From: an uncultured Alphaproteobacteria bacterium
Lineage (GTDB): Bacteria > Pseudomonadota > Alphaproteobacteria > Rhizobiales > Xanthobacteraceae
DNA length: 64,000 nt
NCBI GenBank assembly: GCA_963743395.1
Contig: CAVUPV010000006.1
Span: forward strand, 71,491-135,490
Direction: 5' to 3'
Shown here: in pieces, positions 56,401 through 64,000 of the stretch
Layout of the letters: each line of letters begins with the position of its first letter
Numbering within the stretch: the first letter of the stretch is position 1
Made by a program: the position numbers and the translations under genes
The notes under the pieces: generated by a model
Told to the model about the DNA's origin: nothing
The model's input: only the letters and a program-made list of their open reading frames with translations
Databases searched by the model: none

Positions 56401-56662
56401 ACCGTGGATTCGGCGGCTTGATCTTCTCCTCGCCGGTGACGAGCGCAACAGCGTCGGCGCCGACCCGCTCCACGGCACGGTTATAGACTTCGCGGGCCAA
56501 GAGCCGCAGCGGCAGGCCGATCACGCCGGAGGAATGCGCCAGCATCCGCTCGATCGCCAGATGCGTCTTGCCGGTATTGGTCGGGCCGAGCACAGCGGTA
56601 ACGCCGGCACCACGGGCACGTAACTCACGATTGGCAGGCGGCGAGAACGAAATCGGCATCAA
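53489..56662 (-). CDS. SUV3-like ATP-dependent RNA/DNA helicase with a long charged low-complexity C-terminal tail
   Basis: Walker A GPTNTGKTH and AIDEIQ (DExQ), with a SUV3-type helicase C-domain (TDAIGMGLNLD..QIAGRAGR). The tail contains (AEPAV)3, Pro/Arg-rich segments and (ERH)n. Confidence 0.9.
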   Translation of the reverse strand: MMPISFSPPANRELRARGAGVTAVLGPTNTGKTHLAIERMLAHSSGVIGLPLRLLAREVYNRAVERVGADAVALVTGEEKIKPPNPRFWVATVEAMPRDLDVAFLAIDEIQLAADFERGHVFTDRMLHRRGREETLVLGAATMKPIVERLLPGASIVSRPRLSQLTFAGEKKLTRLPRRSAIVVFSADEVYAIAELIRRQRGGAAVVLGALSPRTRNAQVELYQSGQVDYLVATDAIGMGLNLDVDHIAFASDRKFDGYQFRKLNPAEMAQIAGRAGRAMRDGTFGTSGRCPPFEPELVQALESHTFEPVKLVQWRNSDLDFSSVGALQATLAMAPTESALARAPVAEDILVLDHAARDDDLRGMMTTGADVERLWDVCQLPDYRKIAPANHAELVVTLYGFLQRDGAIKTDWFAHQIATADRTDGDIDTLSTRIAHIRTWTYAANRPDWLADPEHWQGVARAVEDRLSDALHERLTERFVDRRTSVLMRRLRENATFDPEFNKTGEVVVEGHVIGRLDGFVFVPDSSSGGSEAKTLQNAAQKALVGEIAARAVRLAEARDEQLVLASDGTLRWTGAAVGKLYAGEEVLHPRVRLVADEPLTGAPRDAVETRLAAFVKSHIDNLLGPLSQLAAAEDVTGMARGVAFQLVEALGVLDRQRVADEVKGLEQPARASLRKYGVRFGAYHIYLPGLLKPAPRALALQLWALRHDGSRTQTEALLQLAGSGRTSIPTDSTIDAVLYRTAGYRVCGERAVRVDILERLADLIRPALSWREGAAGPKPPGAVAGGGFTVVNGMTSLSGASGEDFASILRSLGYRMERRPKPQEAKRPQAEPAVAEPAVAEPASGETPPDADALPASGDQQIDVTDATVVEEALQPAPESLTASPETAPAAAPAETPASEPLAATAEPEMIEVWRPGRAGRPEGRRRSRPNSPRNGQGRRQANGADTHRRNASRRLRPAKPRYRRRLQPEPAEASPSPAEQKSRHSRHRRRGEHRQERQGRHERHERHERRERPQRDHAPVKRFERREKAPDPNSPFAELAALKAQLEADAKERR
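53620..53673. repeat. 9-bp tandem repeat x6 (gctcatgtc-like), coding for (ERH/ERR)n in the helicase tail
   Basis: Direct reading; in frame. Confidence 0.85.
54129..54173. repeat. 15-bp tandem repeat x3 (gccggttcggcgaca), coding for (AEPAV)3 in the helicase tail
   Basis: Direct reading; in frame. Confidence 0.85.
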
Positions 56663-56689
56663 AAGCCCGGCATTGGCGCCCCCTGCCTT

Positions 56690-56722
56690 CCCTCTCCCGC
56701 TTGCGGGGGAGAGAGGTGGGGA
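56690..56722. repeat. REP-like hairpin (CCTCTCCCGC-tt-GCGGGGGAGAGAGG + TGGGGA) in the helicase 5' leader
   Basis: Imperfect palindrome. It has the same arm sequence as the element inside uvrB (12238-12296). Confidence 0.65.
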
Positions 56723-56771
56723 CTTTACTGTATCACAATGTGACGCGGGAAAGACCTGTGCTTAAGGTGTG

Positions 56772-56786
56772 GAACGAGTTTGGAAC
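56772..56786. promoter_or_regulatory. candidate alphaproteobacterial LexA (SOS) box GAAC-N7-GAAC
   Basis: GAACgagtttgGAAC is an exact match to the direct-repeat consensus. It is intergenic, about 110 nt upstream of the helicase start on the opposite strand (reads GTTC-N7-GTTC). Confidence 0.35.
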
Positions 56787-57021
56787 GAATCGCGGCCGAA
56801 TCGGCGACTCGATGACAGTTCGAGTTCGTTCACCGCGATATATGGCGCGAGCCTCGATATTGAATACCAGATCGGGTGGAATCCGCGATTCCAGCATGCC
56901 GCCGTGAGGTCAAAAGTATTAACGAGCTGTACGATCACGATTCCGCGCCGAGTCAAGGCCTTTGGTCCTGTGGATAACGGGGACGCCGCGGCTCCATCCG
57001 CCCGCTACCGCCAACGGGCGA

Positions 57022-58005
57022 TCACTCCGTTTTCGCCGGATGCGGCGGCGGCGTCACGGAGACAAATTCGGTCGCCTGCAGCAGTCCGGTGCCGAGCGGC
57101 GTCGGCATCGAGAAGCGGAACGGCACCAGCACGCGCGTGCCGGAGATCGGCGCGAGCCAGACTTCGGCTTCGCGCAGCGTGACGAGATATTTGATGGCGG
57201 GCCGGTCCGGCACATAGCCGGAGATCGGCGTGAAATAGATCGCGCAGACGACGGCCGGGCCCTCATAACCGCGATCCGCCTTCACGGTTTCTATGCGCTT
57301 GAATTCACTGTGCAGGTCGTAACGCACGCGGCCATCGAACACGGCGACCTTGCGGTTGCAGGCTTCCGGCGAGACCGGGTCGCCGGCGCCGGCGACGCGG
57401 TTGAGCATCGAGGTCATCGGATCGACGACACCACGGCGATCGGCGTCGGTCACTGGAATGCGGTCCGGCATCGGCGGCATCGCCGGCTCGACCGCGTAGT
57501 CGGTCACCGTGCCGCCGGTGAGCGCTATGCGGACGTCGTCGAGCTTCTGGCCATAATTGATGGTCGCGGCGTAGCTCTGTGGCGCCGGCTGGCCGGCGAC
57601 GACATTGCCATGCGCGGCGGCGGTGCCGCGCGCGCCGGTAAAGAAGCGGATGAGGCCTGTCGTCGTGCCGCTTGCCGCGGCGGTGTATTGGTCGTCGAAA
57701 ATCTCGATGATCCAGTTGCCACGGCCGATCGGGATGCCGGCGATGGTGGCGACATATTCGGCTTCGAGGCGGCCCTGCGCGACCGGCTGATGGACCGCAT
57801 CGCCGGCGACGGCGGTCCCGGCGCCGAGGAGCGCCAAGGGCACGGCTGCAACGACGAAAAACGCCGCGACGAAAGCGGCGGCGCCGGCAGGGCGGATCGG
57901 TGATTTTATGGCAATGGAAATGGACAAGCGTTCCTCAGATCCCAGCACCAAATCCGTCCTCTGTTTTGGCGGAGAATACGTCCTTTGTGTGGTTCGAGGC
58001 GGCAC
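57022..58005 (-). CDS. DUF3108 domain-containing protein (secreted)
   Basis: Signal-like [25 protein letters not shown]. Sequence: [54 protein letters not shown], typical DUF3108. The start is probably internal to the maximal ORF. Confidence 0.75.
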   Translation of the reverse strand: MPPRTTQRTYSPPKQRTDLVLGSEERLSISIAIKSPIRPAGAAAFVAAFFVVAAVPLALLGAGTAVAGDAVHQPVAQGRLEAEYVATIAGIPIGRGNWIIEIFDDQYTAAASGTTTGLIRFFTGARGTAAAHGNVVAGQPAPQSYAATINYGQKLDDVRIALTGGTVTDYAVEPAMPPMPDRIPVTDADRRGVVDPMTSMLNRVAGAGDPVSPEACNRKVAVFDGRVRYDLHSEFKRIETVKADRGYEGPAVVCAIYFTPISGYVPDRPAIKYLVTLREAEVWLAPISGTRVLVPFRFSMPTPLGTGLLQATEFVSVTPPPHPAKTE

Positions 58006-58151
58006 CGCCGCCCCACGCCAAAAGCATGCTCAGGACGCTAAACTTGACGCTTTTGCACCCCGCTACTATAGGTCCGCGCCAACTCCCCTTATTGTCCGTC
58101 AGGCAACCTGGGACGCGCGGCAATTACCAAGTTTGCGCAAGGATTAATACA

Positions 58152-58442
58152 ATGGCATGGCGTTGCGAACTGACCGGAAAAACGCGCCAGATCGGGCACC
58201 GGGTCAGCCATTCCAACCGTAAGACCAAGCGGCGGTTTCGTCCCAACCTGCTCAATGTCACCATGCTGTCGGACGCGCTCGGCCGCTCGTTCCGGCTGCG
58301 GGTGTCCGCCAATGCATTGAAAACCGTCGATCATCGCGGCGGGTTCGACGCCTTCCTGCTCAAGGCCCACGATGACACCTTGTCGCCGCGCGTGCTTGAG
58401 CTCAAGCGCCAGGTTGTCAAGAAGCGCCGGGCCACAGCGTAG
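58152..58442 (+). CDS. rpmB: 50S ribosomal protein L28
   Basis: AAGGA RBS plus ATG at 58152. Sequence: [64 protein letters not shown]. Confidence 0.95.
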   Translation: MAWRCELTGKTRQIGHRVSHSNRKTKRRFRPNLLNVTMLSDALGRSFRLRVSANALKTVDHRGGFDAFLLKAHDDTLSPRVLELKRQVVKKRRATA

Positions 58443-58523
58443 CTCCCGGCCGGTCAAAATACCCGGCAGCCCGCCGCAATATTCCGCTAGAATGCCGGTT
58501 AAGTCGTTACGACATCGTGCGGC

Positions 58524-60350
58524 ATGAATCGAAAAGCGCGACGGGCCGGGCTGGCGTCGAGCAACGCCGCCCTCAATCAACGCTTGGGCGATCGTTCGAG
58601 CCAGCCTGCGGCGATCGCCCAGCTGATGGCTCAAGCGCGGTCGTTGCACCAGCGCGGTCAAGCCGATCAAGCTCAGGGCATTTGCAATGAAATCCTGACG
58701 CGAGAGCCCGCGCATTTGGATGCGCTCAATCTGCTTGGGCTTATTCTTCAGGCATCCGGCCGGCACAAGCTCGCCGTGAAAACGCTGAACCGGGCCATCG
58801 CCGCCGATGCTTTGAACGCGGCCTGTCACTACGACCTTGCCTGCTCATTGCAGGCGCTCGGCCGCGACGACGAGGCGGCGGCTCATTTCAACCAGGCGGT
58901 CGCGCTCGGCGCCGCTCTGAAGCCCGTCGAAGACCTCATTCTTAGAAATCCGGCCATCGCGGCGTGCGTCGAGCGCATCGAAGCAAAGTGGCCGCTGCCG
59001 GTAAGGCCCGAAGAGCTGTTCGCGGGCGACACCCTGCAATCGATTGCCGGCGATCTGTATCTGCGCTGCGCATTGTCGACGGTGCCGCTGCACCGCGCGC
59101 CGTTGGAGAAATTGCTCAGCCACCTTCGCGCCGCACTGCTGCATCCCTCCGTGAACGACGTTACGGCGCGTGACGGCGCACTGGTCCGTTTGCTCTGCGC
59201 GGTCGCGCAGCAGTGTTTCATCAACGAATATGTGTTCGCGCAAAGCGATGAGGAAACGCGGCAGTCGGCCAGGTTGCGCGACGCGCTGTTGCAAAAACTG
59301 CGGGACGGCGACGCCATTCCGCCGATGCTGCTGGCGGCGGTCGCGGCCTATTTTCCGCTGCGCTCCTTGCCGCTGGCCGATTTGCTGCTGGACCGGCAGT
59401 GGCCGGACATCGCCGCCGACATCGTTCGACAGCAAGTTCGCGAGCCGCTGGCGGAAGCCGCGGAACGCAAGTCCATTCCTGCCTTGACCGGCGTCGACGA
59501 CAGCGTGTCGCTGCAGGTGATGCACCAATACGAGGAAAATCCTTATCCACGCTGGACCATTAATCCCGCAGTGGCGCACGAGGCGGCAAAGCACGCCGGC
59601 TCCGGCGGCCTGCCGCACGGTGAGGACATATTGATCGCGGGTTGCGGCAGCGGCCAGCACGTCTTCGAAGTCCGGCGGCACTTTCCTCAAGCGCGCGTAC
59701 TGGCCATCGATATCAGCCTGCCCAGTCTCGCTTATGCGCACCGGAAGGCCGGCGAGGCGGACCTGCGCAATGTCGATTATGCGCAGGCCGATATCCTCAA
59801 GCTCGGCGCGATCGGCCGGACTTTCGATCGCATCGAAGCAATCGGCGTCTTGCATCATTTGGCCGAGCCCGAAACGGGCTGGCGCATATTGGTTTCGTTG
59901 CTGCGCGTCGGCGGCGAAATGCACGTCGGCCTTTACAGCGAAACCGGGCGCGCCGGCATCGCCGCTACCCGCGCGTTCATCGCCGAGCGCGGTTACCGGC
60001 CGACGGCGGAGGATATCCGCAAATGCCGCCAGCACATCTTGCGCGACTCCGACGAAGGGCGCTGGCGGCGGGCGATCGAATCGCCGGACTTCTACAGCAT
60101 GAGCGGTTGCCGCGACCTGCTGTTCCACGCGATGGAGCACAGCTTCACCATTCCGCGCATCAAGGCGTTCCTCGACGCGCAAAAGCTGTCATTTCTCGGC
60201 TTCAATACAGAGCCGCGGTTGGTCGAACGGTTTCAGGCGAGATTTCCGGGCGATGCGGCTTTGACCGATCTCGACAAATGGCACGCCTACGAGGCGGACA
60301 ATCCGCAGACATTCCGCCGCATGTACGTCTTCATGGTGCGGAAAAACTAG
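58524..60350 (+). CDS. TPR-repeat + class I SAM-dependent methyltransferase fusion protein
   Basis: N-terminal TPRs (HQRGQADQAQGICNEILTREPAHLDALNLLGLIL..). SAM motif I at ILIAGCGSGQ, followed by VLAIDISL and DRIEAIGVLHHL. Confidence 0.85.
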   Translation: MNRKARRAGLASSNAALNQRLGDRSSQPAAIAQLMAQARSLHQRGQADQAQGICNEILTREPAHLDALNLLGLILQASGRHKLAVKTLNRAIAADALNAACHYDLACSLQALGRDDEAAAHFNQAVALGAALKPVEDLILRNPAIAACVERIEAKWPLPVRPEELFAGDTLQSIAGDLYLRCALSTVPLHRAPLEKLLSHLRAALLHPSVNDVTARDGALVRLLCAVAQQCFINEYVFAQSDEETRQSARLRDALLQKLRDGDAIPPMLLAAVAAYFPLRSLPLADLLLDRQWPDIAADIVRQQVREPLAEAAERKSIPALTGVDDSVSLQVMHQYEENPYPRWTINPAVAHEAAKHAGSGGLPHGEDILIAGCGSGQHVFEVRRHFPQARVLAIDISLPSLAYAHRKAGEADLRNVDYAQADILKLGAIGRTFDRIEAIGVLHHLAEPETGWRILVSLLRVGGEMHVGLYSETGRAGIAATRAFIAERGYRPTAEDIRKCRQHILRDSDEGRWRRAIESPDFYSMSGCRDLLFHAMEHSFTIPRIKAFLDAQKLSFLGFNTEPRLVERFQARFPGDAALTDLDKWHAYEADNPQTFRRMYVFMVRKN

Positions 60351-60361
60351 ATAAAGATCAG

Positions 60362-62267
60362 CTAGGCGTTGAGCCGGCGCGGGCGCCCGGGGCGAGCATG
60401 CCGGACCGGCTCTTCAACCGCATTCTCGGCAAACAATTCGGCGAGTTTCTCGGTCATCACCCCGCCGAGCTCCTCGGCATCGACGATGGTCACGGCGCGG
60501 CGGTAGTAACGCGTCACATCGTGACCGATGCCGATGGCGATCAATTCGACCGGCGAACGTGTCTCGATGTCTTCGATCACCCAGCGCAGGTGGCGTTCGA
60601 GGTAATTTCCGGGATTGACCGAGAGCGTCGAATCGTCGACCGGCGCGCCATCGGAAATCATCATCAGGATCTTGCGCGTTTCCGTCCGGCCAAGCAGCCG
60701 CTTGTGCGCCCAGTCGAGTGCCTCGCCGTCAATGTTCTCCTTGAGCAGCCCCTCGCGCATCATCAGGCCAAGATTTTTCCGCGCGCGCCGCCATGGCGCG
60801 TCGGCCGACTTGTAGATGATGTGGCGCAGATCGTTGAGCCGCCCCGGATTGGCCGGCTTGCCGGCGGCGAGCCAGGACTTCGCGCGACTGACCGCCCTTC
60901 CAGGCTCGCGTCGTGAAGCCAAGGATTTCCACCTTGACGCCGCAGCGCTCCAGCGTGCGCGCCAGGATATCGGCGCAGGTTGCTGCGACCGTGATCGGCC
61001 GGCCGCGCATCGAGCCGGAATTGTCCAACAGCAGCGTCACCACCGTGTCGCGGAAGTCGGTGTCCTTTTCACGCTTGAACGACAGCGGATGCATCGGATC
61101 GACGATGACGCGCGACAGCCGCGCCGGATCGAGCAACCCTTCCTCGAGGTCGAATTCCCAAGCGCGGTTCTGCTGCGCCAACAGCAGCCGCTGCAGGCGG
61201 TTGGCAAGCCGCGCCACCACGCCCTGCAAATGCGAAAGCTGCTTGTCGAGATAGCCGCGCAACCGATCGAGCTCTTCCGGCTCGCACAATTCCTCGGCGC
61301 CGACGGTCTCGTCGAACTTGGCGGTGAAGGGGTGATAATCCGGCCCGCGCGGCTCGTTTCGCTGGTTGCGCGGCCGCCACGGCTCGGCGGCGGTCTCCGA
61401 ATCGCCCATCTCGGCGTCGTCGGCCATTTCAGCGGCCGGCGCATCGACCGCTTCCGACGCGCTGTCCGGCAACTCGTCGGCTGAAGCCTCCGCTTCGGCG
61501 TTCATTTTTTCGCTGTCGGCGGTATCGGACGCTTCGCCGTCCTGCCCGGATTCCTCGTTCTGGTTCTGCTCCTCGCCCTCTTCGCCCTCATCCTCGTCGG
61601 AATCGTTGGAGCGATCCTCACCCATGTCGAGGCTGTCGAGCAGGTCGTGGACGACGTCGCCGAACCGCCGCTGATCGAGCAAAACGCGCTCCAGGCGGTC
61701 GAGATTACGGCCGGCGCGCTCCTCGATCAGCGGTCGCCACAAATCGACGAGCTTGCGCGCGGCTGCAGGCGGCGTCTCGCCGGTCAGCCGTTCGCGCACC
61801 ATCATGGCGAGCGCATCCTCGATCGGCGCGTCGGCGCGGTCGCTGATGTCGTCGAATTTGCCGCGGTGAAAACGGTCGTCGAGCATGGCGGTGAGATTCT
61901 TGGCGACGCCGCCCATGCGGCGGGCGCCGATCGCCTCGACGCGGGCCTGTTCCACCGCCTCGAACACCGCGCGCGCCTGCTGGCCGCCTGGCGCCAGCCG
62001 GCGATGCACCGCCGGGTCGTGACAGGCGAGCCGCAGCGCGATCGAATCAGCATGGCCACGCACGATCGCGGCTTCGCGTTCAGTGAGCCGGCGCGGCGGC
62101 TCCGGCAGCCGGGCCTTGCCGCCGGCCAGACCGGGACGTTCGGACGCGAAGCTGACTTCGAGATCGTTCTTGCCGGCAATGGCGCGCAGGCAGACGCCGA
62201 CTGCGCGCTTGAACGGTTCGGTCGGCGCTTCCTTCGCGGTACTCTTCGGCTTGATATTGGACGACAT
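60362..62267 (-). pseudogene. cobT: cobaltochelatase subunit CobT, frameshifted
   Basis: The N-terminal 512-aa piece ([23 protein letters not shown]..acidic [31 protein letters not shown]) leaves the conserved frame at about 60885. The vWA C-terminus ([45 protein letters not shown]) is in the 60362..60922 frame. This is consistent with a single extra g in cgcgaaGtcctgg. Confidence 0.85.
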
Positions 62268-62270
62268 GGC

Positions 62271-62390
62271 TAGCCGTCATGCCGGGGCCGAGCGAAGCTC
62301 GGAACCCGAAATCCATATTCGCATTCGTCGTAGATCAATCATCATGACTGAGGCTATGAATCCCCGCTTTCGCGAAGACGACGTTACGAC
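62271..62390. repeat. REP/MITE-like element, family B
   Basis: gccGTCATGCCGGGGCCGAGCGAAGCTCGGAACCCGAAATCCATA..., related to 9436-9546. It lies between cobT and cobS, and its right end overlaps the cobS stop region. Confidence 0.75.
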
Positions 62391-63370
62391 AGCGCCACGT
62401 TCACCGCGCTCTCCGGCAATTCCTGGCCTAAGCAGCGCTGGTAAAACTCGGCGACCAGCGGCCGCTCCAGCTCGTCGCATTTGTTGACGAAGGTCAGCCG
62501 GAAGGCGAAGCCGATGTCGCCGAAGATTTCGGCATTTTCCGCCCAGATGATCACCGTGCGCGGGCTCATCACGGTCGAGATATCGCCATTCATGAAGGCG
62601 TTGCGCGTGAGATCGGCCACCCGCACCATCTTGGCGACGGTGTCGCGGCCTTCGGCGTTGCGATAATGCTTCGCTTTGGCGAGCACGATATCGACCTCGT
62701 TGTCGTGCGGCAGATAATTCAGCGTGGTGACGATCGACCAGCGGTCCATCTGGCCCTGGTTGATCTGCTGGGTGCCGTGATAGAGCCCGGACGTGTCGCC
62801 AAGCCCGACGGTATTGGCGGTGGCGAACAGGCGGAATGCCGGATGCGGCTTGATCACCTTGTTCTGGTCAAGCAGCGTCAGCCGTCCGGATGATTCCAGG
62901 ACGCGCTGGATCACGAACATCACGTCGGGACGGCCGGCATCATATTCGTCGAAGCACAGCGCGACATTGTTCTGCAGCGCCCACGGCAGGATGCCGTCGC
63001 GGAATTCGGTGACCTGCATGCCGTCGCGGATCACGATGGCGTCCTTGCCGATCAGATCGACGCGGCTGATGTGGCTGTCGAGATTGACGCGCACGCAGGG
63101 CCAGTTGAGCCGCGCCGCCACCTGCTCGATATGAGTCGATTTGCCGGTGCCGTGATAGCCGGTGACGATGACGCGGCGGTTGCGGGCGAAGCCGGCGAGA
63201 ATGGCGAGCGTGGTCGGCTTGTCGAACCGGTAATCCGGGTCGAACTCGGGGACGTGCTCATCCGGCCCGGAATAGGCCGGCACTTCGAGATCGCTGTCGA
63301 TGCCGAACAATTGCCGGATCGAGACCTTCATATCCGGCAAGCCGGGTACCGTATCTGCTGCGAGACTCAT
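62384..63370 (-). CDS. cobS: cobaltochelatase subunit CobS (AAA+ MoxR-like ATPase)
   Basis: Sequence: [53 protein letters not shown], canonical aerobic CobS. Confidence 0.95.
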   Translation of the reverse strand: MSLAADTVPGLPDMKVSIRQLFGIDSDLEVPAYSGPDEHVPEFDPDYRFDKPTTLAILAGFARNRRVIVTGYHGTGKSTHIEQVAARLNWPCVRVNLDSHISRVDLIGKDAIVIRDGMQVTEFRDGILPWALQNNVALCFDEYDAGRPDVMFVIQRVLESSGRLTLLDQNKVIKPHPAFRLFATANTVGLGDTSGLYHGTQQINQGQMDRWSIVTTLNYLPHDNEVDIVLAKAKHYRNAEGRDTVAKMVRVADLTRNAFMNGDISTVMSPRTVIIWAENAEIFGDIGFAFRLTFVNKCDELERPLVAEFYQRCLGQELPESAVNVALS

Positions 63371-63504
63371 TGCTCCTCCGTGACCCCGGTACTTCCGAAG
63401 CGCAAGTCGGCCGTCACCGGCGGTCGGAATGTCCCGTACCTCTAGCAGAAAGGCCCGCAGCGGCGAAAGCCACTAGCAAGACAACGCCCAACGCACCTGG
63501 CGGG

Positions 63505-64000
63505 TCAGCAAAAACCTGCGGACTTCAGGTAATTATAGGCCTGGATGATCTCCCGAAGCCGAGCCTCGGAACCGCGGTCACCGCCATTGGCGTCCGGATG
63601 GTGCCGCTTTACCAACATCTTGAACCTGGATTTTATATCGGCACGCTTAGCGTCGGCTTCAAGGCCGAGCGCCTCCAGGGCGACGCGCTGCGCATTGAAA
63701 ATCTTGCGGCCCTCTGCCGTGGCGCGCGCCTGACCGGGGCGCCGGGCCCCCGTCTCGCCGAACAGCGAGAACGGATCGTCGGCCGGCCGATCGGCCTCGC
63801 GAAAAGGGCCGCGGCTGCGCTTGGCGGCAGGCTTGCCTCCGAGCGAGCCCATTTTCCAGGTCGGGCGGTGCCCGGTAATCAACTCTTTTTGATATTTGGC
63901 GACCGCGTCCTCGCTCATGCCGGCGAAAAAATTGTAGGAATTATTGTATTCGCGGACATGCTCGAGGCAGAACTGCCAATACTCGCTGGCGCGCAGCCGG
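63505..64000 (-). CDS. J-domain protein (C-terminal DnaJ domain), 5' end beyond the window
   Basis: C-terminal ALGLEADAKRADIKSRFKMLVKRHHPDANGGDRGSEARLREIIQAYNYLK (HPD motif). The same frame stays open upstream of the listed Met (..RLRASEYWQFCLEHVREYNNSYNFFAGMSED) to the window edge. Confidence 0.8.
   Translation of the reverse strand, partial: RLRASEYWQFCLEHVREYNNSYNFFAGMSEDAVAKYQKELITGHRPTWKMGSLGGKPAAKRSRGPFREADRPADDPFSLFGETGARRPGQARATAEGRKIFNAQRVALEALGLEADAKRADIKSRFKMLVKRHHPDANGGDRGSEARLREIIQAYNYLKSAGFC

Noticed and set aside
56818-56831. Second LexA-like site GTTCGAGTTCGTTC.
   Set aside because: The GTTC repeats are spaced N6 (or N0/N2), not N7. It is reported only as context for the exact box at 56772-56786.
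56701-57182. ORFs in the helicase/DUF3108 spacer (56701-56907, 56769-57182 on the + strand; 56762-56956 on the - strand), considered as candidate small SOS genes.
   Set aside because: They have no RBS and no hydrophobic or conserved-looking sequence, and 56769-57182 runs antisense into DUF3108. I could not support any of them as coding.

Overview
This is a high-GC (about 63-65%) alphaproteobacterial chromosomal segment. The palindromic intergenic repeats (GTCATTCC...GGAATGAC and CCCGC...GCGGG types) and the gene content point to the Bradyrhizobium/Rhodopseudomonas/Nitrobacter group. I call about 60 protein genes and 2 tRNAs (Leu-CAG, Arg-CCU). I see no rRNA, transposase, integrase, phage genes, CRISPR array or recognisable defence system. 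Conserved core blocks are uvrB, msrA, queG-uppP, the rnd-like/lptC-lptA-lptB-rpoN-hpf-ptsN cluster, an hsp20-DUF1150 operon, fdxA-carD, a SUV3-like helicase, rpmB and cobS-cobT. There are also three YkuD L,D-transpeptidases and two catabolic clusters (monooxygenase/extradiol dioxygenase; VOC-like/monooxygenase/CoA-transferase/FMN dehydrogenase). The main result is that at least 9 genes carry at least 17 frameshift or stop lesions, including rpoN, cobT, a porin, a thermonuclease and several catabolic enzymes. Long housekeeping ORFs of 3 kb are intact, so this looks like real gene decay rather than uniform sequencing error, but it needs read-level confirmation. Secondary observations:
- an HtrA-like PDZ protein lacking the catalytic triad and a signal peptide;
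- a REP-like double hairpin translated in frame inside the uvrB tail;
- an exact alphaproteobacterial LexA-box match upstream of the helicase;
- an unlisted 53-aa basic protein;
- long low-complexity N-terminal extensions on UvrB, LptB and CarD;
- a promoter-plus-terminator module in the fdxA-carD spacer.
All family assignments come from motif recognition by eye; no database search was run.
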